Shown here piece after piece: positions 57,525 through 64,000 of a stretch of DNA of 64,000 nucleotides. Source of the DNA: a virus; the IMG/VR virus record IMGVR_UViG_3300019888_000107, positions 32,001 through 96,000 of that record. One strand, written 5' to 3'. How positions within the stretch are numbered: position 1 is the stretch's first letter; each line of letters opens with the position of its first letter. The notes under the pieces are model-generated. The model did no database searches. It saw nothing but the letters and a program-made list of their open reading frames with translations, and was not told the DNA's origin. The translations under genes and the position numbers were made by a program.

Positions 57525-58178
57525 ATGACTGACACCGACATATCGGACGACACACAGATGTTACAACTGTGCGCCGACGATCCCCAACTCGAAGCCATAC
57601 ATCAGCTTCTTCTCAGGGTCGACGCCGACGCCGACACACGCGGGTTTGGACACCCACTGAACGAGGACCGGCTGTTTGAGGTGTTGCGCAATCCCTCCGA
57701 TGCTGACGCCGACATGCGCTGGGATGATGTGGTGCAAGCTCTGTTCGACGCCAAGTACTACAAGTGCGAAGGTCACGTCGGGCGTGCCCTGTACGACCTG
57801 GCGACCACCATGGAACACGCCGCCCGCAACGTGACCTCCGATCACCCCGGCGCCGACCTCTACATACCGAGGGGCATGGACGGCTACCAGATTTACGGCT
57901 GGGCGATGCTTACCGAGACGATGGTTGTGGTCTGCGCTGACACCGCACCCACCACCGTTCCGGTCCGCTCGATTCAGCTCGCCGGCCGCGACGGCATCCT
58001 CTGGCGGCTCCACCACGAGCGCGGCACCGGTCCGGTGGTGGCAGCCCTGCTCCCCGAGGCGCGAGGTGTGAACTCCGGCGTTGTCGCGCACTCCCTCACC
58101 CGACTGACCAACGCCGTTGTCGGGAATCCGGTGCACGTCCGCGGGCGGGGCGATGAACGGACGGGACGACCGTCATGA
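57525..58178 (+). CDS. Hypothetical protein
   Basis: 217-aa ORF. Confidence 0.65.
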   Translation: MTDTDISDDTQMLQLCADDPQLEAIHQLLLRVDADADTRGFGHPLNEDRLFEVLRNPSDADADMRWDDVVQALFDAKYYKCEGHVGRALYDLATTMEHAARNVTSDHPGADLYIPRGMDGYQIYGWAMLTETMVVVCADTAPTTVPVRSIQLAGRDGILWRLHHERGTGPVVAALLPEARGVNSGVVAHSLTRLTNAVVGNPVHVRGRGDERTGRPS

Positions 58179-58573
58179 CGAGCTACGCCCTGGTGATCCC
58201 GCCTGCTGGGGAGATGTGCACCATCGAGTGGGACGCCACAGACCCTCATCAGTTCGTCCCGCTCTACCGCGAGATCGGCTGCACGCAGGTTGAGCCACTG
58301 GAGATCCACGACTACGACATCACACTGTGGACTGACGAGGAAGCGCTCATCGTCGAGCCTGTGCCAGCGTGGAACCCCCGAACTACCGGGCTGGTCCTGC
58401 TGGCGTGCGGGCGTCCGCTGCGGCAGAGCTATCTCGGTACCGCGGTGGTGACCGGGACAGCCAACGAGGACGGCCAGACGCTCGGTTTGAGCGCGGAGAC
58501 GGTGGCCGATCTGGTGCGCATAGCCGAGCGCGGAGGCAACCACGTCGTGGACGTGTTTAGCCGCGCGACGTGA
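58175..58573 (+). CDS. DUF3846-like protein
   Basis: IGCTQVE..LWTDEE..NPRTT..GTAVVTG. Confidence 0.65.
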   Translation: MTSYALVIPPAGEMCTIEWDATDPHQFVPLYREIGCTQVEPLEIHDYDITLWTDEEALIVEPVPAWNPRTTGLVLLACGRPLRQSYLGTAVVTGTANEDGQTLGLSAETVADLVRIAERGGNHVVDVFSRAT

Positions 58574-58766
58574 GGGATAACGCATCGCTCATGTCTATGT
58601 GCCTGAAGGTTTCTAAGGGTCCGTTGTGTGCACCTGCGGGCCGTTCACCGTTACCCTCGATCGAGTGATATTCCTGTGGGTCTGGGCGGGTCCCGTTGTG
58701 CCCCTGACGCACCCTAAGGCACCCTGATACCACGCGTTTCGTCCTTCACCACCGAGAAAGGTCCAC

Positions 58767-59081
58767 ATGACCACGTCTTCCATGCCGACTCACACCGTCC
58801 GCGCCCATGAGGTCCGATTGGGTGATCACGTCAACGGCCAGCTCGTGATCCAAATCCGCGTGGTCGGTGACATGGTGAAGTTGTTTCACAACGGGCTGCA
58901 CACCTCACACACCACGCTGCCAGCGAACGCGCTAGTGCGGATCCGTCAGCGGCCCGACTCGCGGGTTGAGGGCGGCATGTATGCCCCGGAGCGTTGCCCT
59001 GGCGGTGTTGCCCACGTGCGGGCGCCCCGTCGTGAGGTTGCGCCGCCGGTCCGTTTTTCCCACCCATCGCCCCAGTACTGA
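58767..59081 (+). CDS. Hypothetical protein
   Basis: GAAAGG RBS. Confidence 0.5.
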   Translation: MTTSSMPTHTVRAHEVRLGDHVNGQLVIQIRVVGDMVKLFHNGLHTSHTTLPANALVRIRQRPDSRVEGGMYAPERCPGGVAHVRAPRREVAPPVRFSHPSPQY

Positions 59082-59149
59082 ACGCCCGCACCACGCTAAG
59101 GAGCCATGTGAGTGCTCCAGATCACCGGTACTTACACACAGGAGACGCA

Positions 59150-59725
59150 ATGAGCCAGTTAGTAACGACCCGCACGATCGACGACCTGGACGGCCGAGAC
59201 GGAGCGCGATCCGTAGAGTTCGGCCTGGAAGGCGTTGGCTTTAAAGTCGATCTACATCCCGACAATGCGGACACTCTCTACGGGGTTCTCGCACCTTTCA
59301 TAAGAGCAGCCGAGCGCACCAACCGCGTGAGCGCCGCACGGATTCCCGAAGCTCTGCGCGCCATCATGGGTACAAAGGCCCCGGCGCTGCCATCCGCCAC
59401 CCGGACTCCGCCGCAGACCCGCAACGGTTCCCTGGCCTCACCGCCGGCCCCAGCACATGACGACTCGACCCCACCGGCGCCGGCACACGATGACGCCTCA
59501 CGGCTACCGGCCACCCGTACATACATCGACTCGGGCAGGCACACGTCCGAAGAGGTCACCGCGTGTAAGGCATGGCACGACGAGCACGGCAACACCTATC
59601 CCCCCGCCAGGCTTACTCTGGGCCATTGGGCGGCGTTCCGCGCACAGGATCCTAAGCTCGTCGGGGAGAAGTGGCGCACGACGGTGACAGCCAAGGTGAG
59701 GCGCCCCAAGGCGATCGAAAAGTAA
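59150..59725 (+). CDS. Lsr2-like protein with divergent C-terminus
   Basis: IDDLDG..VEFGLEG..VDL..LAPFI dimerisation domain; no RGRI. Confidence 0.7.
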   Translation: MSQLVTTRTIDDLDGRDGARSVEFGLEGVGFKVDLHPDNADTLYGVLAPFIRAAERTNRVSAARIPEALRAIMGTKAPALPSATRTPPQTRNGSLASPPAPAHDDSTPPAPAHDDASRLPATRTYIDSGRHTSEEVTACKAWHDEHGNTYPPARLTLGHWAAFRAQDPKLVGEKWRTTVTAKVRRPKAIEK

Positions 59726-59732
59726 TCTGGAC

Positions 59733-59930
59733 ATGGACTGCAATGGCAGTGAGTTTTTCACCGTTGCCGAGGTGGCTGCCCGGCTGCGGGTGTCCAAAAT
59801 GACGGTCTACCGGCTGGTCGAGGCCGGCACCCTCACCTCCTGCCTGGTGGGCCGCCGTTCAATCCGTATTCCGGTGGCGGCGGTCATTGACTACATTGAG
59901 AAAGTCAAAACGACAGCCGGCGCCTCGTGA
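59733..59930 (+). CDS. Excisionase-family HTH
   Basis: FTVAEVAARLRVSKMTVYRLV. Confidence 0.85.
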   Translation: MDCNGSEFFTVAEVAARLRVSKMTVYRLVEAGTLTSCLVGRRSIRIPVAAVIDYIEKVKTTAGAS

Positions 59931-60085
59931 GTGACCCCGACGAACCTGACGAGAGCACCGCCGACGAGCCGCCGATCCGGACCCAAGATGAATTCGACCG
60001 TGCCTGGGTCAAGATGGAAGACGAGTGGGGGCCCGATGAGTGCCCCTGAGCCTGACGGTGGAGAGGGTGTGAAAGCCGGGGGTAT

Positions 60086-60325
60086 GTGATGACATCCAAG
60101 CGGGATCAGTCGGCGTCGAACCCGTGCACGTCCATCCCACCGCTCATACCGATCACAAGTACGCATCACGTGTCCATTCAGGGCGGGTACGTATACCTTT
60201 GGCGCGGAACGGAGCGGGGATGGCAACCGGCGGCTTCCGTCTATGCCGTGCGTACCGCGCTAGCCCGCGATGAAGCCACCGAACGGACAGCATGGAAAGA
60301 GATAGGGATCGCCGATGAGATTTAG
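60086..60325 (+). CDS. Hypothetical protein
   Basis: Coupled ORF. Confidence 0.45.
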   Translation: MMTSKRDQSASNPCTSIPPLIPITSTHHVSIQGGYVYLWRGTERGWQPAASVYAVRTALARDEATERTAWKEIGIADEI

Positions 60326-60659
60326 ATGGATCCGTCCGCGGCACATACTTCACATCGCCGGGCCCGGCCTGTGTCTGTACGGCTGGATCCTGCTCAACTT
60401 CTTCTCCCCGACGCCGTGGGACCATTGGCTGATGCTGATCGCTGCGCCGATGTTCTGGTTCGCTGGCTACGGTGCGTTCCACACGGTGGCACATCGTCAC
60501 GGTATCCCTGTCCAGTGGAACGGCGCTATTGCTCTTGTCCCGACCACGCTCGTGTGTGGTCACTGCGGGCAAGGACAACGGATCGACGACGAATCCCAGA
60601 TCGGGCCAGCTATGGCGCACCACACGGAGTACGAATGCCCGGAGAGGGATCAACCATGA
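60315..60659 (+). CDS. Membrane protein with Zn-binding tail
   Basis: Two TMs; CGHC..H...C. Confidence 0.55.
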   Translation: MRFRWIRPRHILHIAGPGLCLYGWILLNFFSPTPWDHWLMLIAAPMFWFAGYGAFHTVAHRHGIPVQWNGAIALVPTTLVCGHCGQGQRIDDESQIGPAMAHHTEYECPERDQP

Positions 60660-60859
60660 AAGTGTGTTTCACCATCGTTGACGACTCCGGCACGGGGTAT
60701 ATGTGGGTCAACCTTACCGTGATCCCACATCAGGGTGAGCCGGTGTACCTGGCCGATGGGGTTCGCCGCATTGTGCGGTCTATCGAGCACCATCCGTTCC
60801 CGCGTAATGGGCAGTCGTGGGTGGATATCAAGCTAGGATCCGGCCCTACCGGCGGCTGA
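60656..60859 (+). CDS. Hypothetical protein
   Basis: ATGA coupling; RBS. Confidence 0.55.
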   Translation: MKVCFTIVDDSGTGYMWVNLTVIPHQGEPVYLADGVRRIVRSIEHHPFPRNGQSWVDIKLGSGPTGG

Positions 60860-61039
60860 GAGGAGAACCGCTATGACTATTAGCTCCGGAAGAAAGGGTC
60901 GATATGGCTGAGATGCATCACGTTGCCGATGACGAAGAAACCCTCGCCGAGTACGTCACCCGGACACGTCGCGCTCAAGGCCTTCCGGACCGCATTGAAG
61001 ACCCGGCAGTCATAGCCCAGGCCGTCGCGCTACTACGGG

Positions 61040-61327
61040 ATGCGTGGGGTGCGAACCAGGATGGCCACTGAGACGATGAGCGGGCCGACGCAGCGGGTGG
61101 GAGTAGTGGTGTTCGGGGAGGTCGACGGCTATGACTACCGTGACGCTGAATCCGGGCTGATGCTCGCTACCCGACAATTGGTATGCGCAGGCGACCGTCA
61201 GATGGGTCTGCCTGTGACGATCCCCGGTCGGGGCGCGAGTGGTGAGTTCAAGGCAAAGATCGCCGATGTGATCGGGTTGAGTTGGGCCGCCAGCGACGGG
61301 TACCTCCAGCTCACGTTCCGGGGGTGA
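61040..61327 (+). CDS. Hypothetical protein
   Basis: ORF. Confidence 0.45.
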   Translation: MRGVRTRMATETMSGPTQRVGVVVFGEVDGYDYRDAESGLMLATRQLVCAGDRQMGLPVTIPGRGASGEFKAKIADVIGLSWAASDGYLQLTFRG

Positions 61328-61337
61328 TCTCGCCGGA

Positions 61338-61374
61338 GTCCGGGCCTGCCATGTTGGGGGCGGCAGGCCCGGAC
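61338..61374. terminator. Hairpin between convergent genes
   Basis: GTCCGGGCCTGCC/GGCAGGCCCGGAC. Confidence 0.6.
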
Positions 61375-61389
61375 CCCGCGCTGGGCTAG

Positions 61390-61725
61390 CTATCCGGCGT
61401 GATAGGCGTTGAGGATCTCGTTGGGGATCCGGCCCTTGTCTCTCACCGTGAAACCACGCTCCCTGGCCCACGTGCGGATGTCCGCCAGTTTCTCCTTGTC
61501 CGTGGCCCCGGGCCGGACGCGCTTTGGCCCGCCACGGGAACTGGCGGATGGTCGCCGCGCTGCCCCTACAAACGGGGCGAGGCCGGCGCGCAACTTCTCG
61601 GCGTTCTCGCTGGACAGGTCGATCTCGTAGGTCCGTCCGTCGAGGGCGAACTCCACGAGTGCTACGTCGTCCCCGGTGCTGCCGTCCATGTCATCTTGCA
61701 GGACGACGGTTACTTCTTGAGCCAT
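61390..61725 (-). CDS. lsr2: Lsr2 nucleoid-associated protein
   Basis: MAQEV..DDMDG..FALDGRTYEIDLS..IRTWARERG..KGRIP. Confidence 0.92.
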   Translation of the reverse strand: MAQEVTVVLQDDMDGSTGDDVALVEFALDGRTYEIDLSSENAEKLRAGLAPFVGAARRPSASSRGGPKRVRPGATDKEKLADIRTWARERGFTVRDKGRIPNEILNAYHAG

Positions 61726-61792
61726 TCGTTCTCCTAGTCGAGGGGGTAATGCCACCAGACTATAGCGGTTATTGCGTGATAGCGTCGCGGCT

Positions 61793-62167
61793 ATGGACAC
61801 CGAGTGGAATACTACGCCCAAGCGGGATGAGGTTCGTATTACCTCACCAGAGGTCCACCCGCATCGCAGCCGGAAGAACACCCGCCGTTGGTGCCGGGGC
61901 GTTCCCGGCCGGGAGCACGTCATTGGGGTGACGCCAGGGAAAAACGGCCTTTACATGCTGGCCCGTTACGGCGCCGACAACCCGCACGCACTCTGCCGCT
62001 GGCATGAAAAGCATGCGTGGACCTGGGTCGATGGTGTGCGCCGATGGGTCGGTAAGGGCGACTGGTACTGGTCGTGCCAGCACGTATACACCTGCGGCGA
62101 GTGTGGCAAGGTGATGGGTGACGTACCCGGGCGGGAGTGCCCTGATTGGAAGCCGAGGACACCGTGA
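61793..62167 (+). CDS. Hypothetical Cys/His protein
   Basis: WCRGVPGREH..CGECGK. Confidence 0.6.
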   Translation: MDTEWNTTPKRDEVRITSPEVHPHRSRKNTRRWCRGVPGREHVIGVTPGKNGLYMLARYGADNPHALCRWHEKHAWTWVDGVRRWVGKGDWYWSCQHVYTCGECGKVMGDVPGRECPDWKPRTP

Positions 62168-62397
62168 ATGATCTTGAGTTCCTCACTTTCGAGACCGTCG
62201 TCGAGGTCACCCGGAAATTCCAACCGGAGTGGCGCCATGGCCAGACGGTGTATAACGTCCTGCGGGTGCTGCGGCCCGACCTTGAAGCCCAGATCGCGCA
62301 CACCGAGCTGGACTGCTTTCAACACGACGAGCGGGTGCCGCGGCTGCTGAACTGGTTGCGTACTGGTGTCCCCGCTGTACCGGCCCGGAGGCCATGA
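62164..62397 (+). CDS. Hypothetical protein
   Basis: WRHGQTVYNVL motif. Confidence 0.6.
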   Translation: MNDLEFLTFETVVEVTRKFQPEWRHGQTVYNVLRVLRPDLEAQIAHTELDCFQHDERVPRLLNWLRTGVPAVPARRP

Positions 62398-62753
62398 TGA
62401 AGCACTTCAGCTTCCGCTACCGAGACGACGGTCAGGTTCTGCTGGACATCAGTGAATGCCGCTGGTGGTGGGATGCGCTCGTCCATGCCGCCGATGGCGT
62501 CTGCGCGTTGAGTCGGCACCGGCTGTGCGGCAGTCTTGTTGCGTGGGCTTACGGCGTGAATGAGCGGCACATCAGGTATCAGCTGAGCATCCCCGTTGAC
62601 CGGGAGCAGTGGGTTGCGTGGGCCACGATGATGGGCGACGACGATCCGTCCTGGCCGTGGTGGGAGGACGAGCCTCTCGCTGATCGTGGCGAACTCCATG
62701 ACGGGGAAAACGAGGCCTTGACAGACGATCTCCGTCGGGGTGAGGATGGATAG
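62394..62753 (+). CDS. Hypothetical protein
   Basis: Coupled ORF. Confidence 0.55.
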   Translation: MMKHFSFRYRDDGQVLLDISECRWWWDALVHAADGVCALSRHRLCGSLVAWAYGVNERHIRYQLSIPVDREQWVAWATMMGDDDPSWPWWEDEPLADRGELHDGENEALTDDLRRGEDG

Positions 62754-62830
62754 CGCCGGGGCCAGTGACCCCGTACCAGGTCAGTTCGAGTCCGGAGTGC
62801 ACGCCGGCCGGCGCTGGTTCCCGGCTCCAC

Positions 62831-62903
62831 AGCGGGATGGTGCAGCTGGTAGCATACTGGGCTCATAACCCGGAGATCGTGGGTTCGAATCCCACTCCCG
62901 CAA
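62831..62903 (+). tRNA. tRNA-fMet (CAT)
   Basis: Cloverleaf; 1:72 mismatch; GGG/CCC anticodon stem. Confidence 0.85.
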
Positions 62904-62907
62904 CTAC

Positions 62908-62980
62908 GGTGAGATAGCTCAGCTGGTAGAGCGCCGATCTGAAGAGTCGGAGGCCGCTGGTTCGACACCAGCTCTTACCA
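62908..62980 (+). tRNA. tRNA-Phe (GAA)
   Basis: Cloverleaf; loop CTGAAGA. Confidence 0.88.
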
Positions 62981-63008
62981 CGTGGGTCTAGGCCAGCCGA
63001 TGCACGAA

Positions 63009-63083
63009 CGGGATGTAGCTCAGTTGGTTCAGAGTGTCGGTTTTGGGAACCGAAAGTCGTGGGTTCGAGTCCCGCCATCCCGA
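63009..63083 (+). tRNA. tRNA-Pro (TGG)
   Basis: Cloverleaf; loop TTTGGGA. Confidence 0.9.
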
Positions 63084-63107
63084 CTAAAGGTTCTACTGAG
63101 ACACTAT

Positions 63108-63195
63108 GGCGAGTTGACCGAGTGGTATGGTAGCCGTTTCGAAAACGGTAGTCGGGGGCAACCCCGCGCAGGTTCGAATCCTGCACTCGCCGCCA
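63108..63195 (+). tRNA. tRNA-Ser (CGA)
   Basis: Long variable arm; G73; CCA encoded. Confidence 0.9.
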
Positions 63196-63196
63196 A

Positions 63197-63278
63197 CCAG
63201 GGCCGCCACCGATGGCGAGGTGGGACGGGTTGTAGCCCCGTTGCTTCGGCTTAGGGAGTTCGAATCTCTCGCCCTGGA
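63197..63278 (+). tRNA. tRNA-Tyr (GTA), atypical
   Basis: CCAGGGC/GCCCTGG acceptor; loop TTGTAGC; T arm. Confidence 0.7.
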
Positions 63279-63286
63279 CTACACAA

Positions 63287-63360
63287 GCCCCCGTCGCTCA
63301 ACTGGGAGAAGCAACGGCCTTAAGCACCGTACAGTGAGTGTTCGAATCACTCCGGGGGTA
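63287..63360 (+). tRNA. tRNA-Leu (TAA), short variable loop
   Basis: Cloverleaf; loop CTTAAGC. Confidence 0.75.
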
Positions 63361-63370
63361 CGTGGTAGAT

Positions 63371-63444
63371 CTCGGTGTATCCCAACTGGTAGAGGACGCC
63401 GGCTCAAACCCGGTGGGTTGCGAGTTCGACTCTCGCCACCGAGA
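63371..63444 (+). tRNA. tRNA-Leu (CAA), short variable loop
   Basis: Cloverleaf; loop CTCAAAC. Confidence 0.82.
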
Positions 63445-63461
63445 CGTAGTATTCTAGCAAC

Positions 63462-63535
63462 GCCCGGGTATCCCAACTGGAAGAGGACCATGGCTTAGAC
63501 CCATGTGGTTGAGAGTTCGAATCTCTCCTCGGGCA
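63462..63535 (+). tRNA. tRNA-Leu (TAG), short variable loop
   Basis: Cloverleaf; loop CTTAGAC. Confidence 0.82.
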
Positions 63536-63647
63536 CGAGAGAGGGGTAGACCGGGTGATGACTCCCGCGTGACGCTCAACGTCGGGACGCCGATACCGAG
63601 CTAATGGTGTAGACAGCACGCCCCTCGTAAATTCACCCATTTCACAA

Positions 63648-63719
63648 TTCCCTGTAGTGTAACTGGCAGCACGCCGTCTTTTGGTGTCGGTAGTCCAGGT
63701 CCGACTCCTGGTGGGGAAG
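63648..63719 (+). tRNA. tRNA-Gln (TTG)
   Basis: U1:A72; loop TTTTGGT; T loop TCCGACT. Confidence 0.75.
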
Positions 63720-63721
63720 CT

Positions 63722-63800
63722 GTGAGCGAAGCCAAAGTGGCCGAGGCGCCAGGTTGTGGACCTGGAAATTTAGCGGGTTCAAGTCCCGTCGCTCACCCCA
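63722..63800 (+). tRNA. tRNA-His (GTG)
   Basis: Loop TTGTGGA; C73; CCA encoded. Confidence 0.85.
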
Positions 63801-63826
63801 ACGTAACAGACCGCACACGAAAGAGG

Positions 63827-64000
63827 ATGACGTTGACCGATCCGAACTACACCGCGATCATGCTACTGGTCGACCGCAGTGGCTCTATGCAGTCCATCCG
63901 CGAGTCCGCCGAAGCAGGTATCCACGAGTTCATCGTCAGTCAGGCCGCGCAGACCACCGGCCGACGCACCATCCGGCTGGCTCAGTTCGACATGGAATAC
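63827..64000 (+). CDS. vWA-domain protein (partial)
   Basis: MIDAS motif LLVDRSGSM. Confidence 0.75.
   Translation, partial: MTLTDPNYTAIMLLVDRSGSMQSIRESAEAGIHEFIVSQAAQTTGRRTIRLAQFDMEY

Noticed and set aside
63287-63535. Short variable arm tRNA-Leu as a novelty
   Set aside because: Short-arm Leu tRNAs are known in actinobacteria.
62863-63640. ORFs over the tRNA cluster
   Set aside because: Artefacts of tRNA genes.

Overview
This window looks like 64 kb of a high-GC tailed phage or prophage. WhiB, Lsr2, DUF397 and short-variable-arm tRNA-Leu genes point to an actinobacterial host. Layout: (1) 1-14.2 kb, minus-strand virion module with TerL, an intein-containing portal, MuF-like protein, prohead protease/scaffold, major capsid, adaptor, tail tube and chaperone. 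(2) 14.3-23.5 kb, a plus-strand cassette lying between TerL and a probable TerS. It holds small genes with a shared start motif, repeated structured intergenic elements, a DUF932 gene, a DUF3631-like ATPase with tandem repeats, and a serine resolvase. (3) 23.5-30.9 kb, accessory and possible lysis genes. (4) 30.9-56.1 kb, minus-strand replication/regulation arm: a 1681-aa primase-helicase-PolA fusion with an internal iteron-like cluster, two methyltransferases, RuvC-like and DEDDh nucleases, an SNF2 helicase with a class 3 intein, a Cas4-like nuclease and WhiB. (5) A divergent repressor switch, Lsr2 genes and a nine-tRNA cluster. The most striking feature is a stand-alone Cas7/Csm3-like RAMP gene (51114-51788). 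It abuts a non-CRISPR array of about 40 units built from GGNNN pentamers punctuated by GTC (51.8-53.5 kb), a candidate phage RNA-guided system. All family calls come from reading motifs by eye; no database searches were run.
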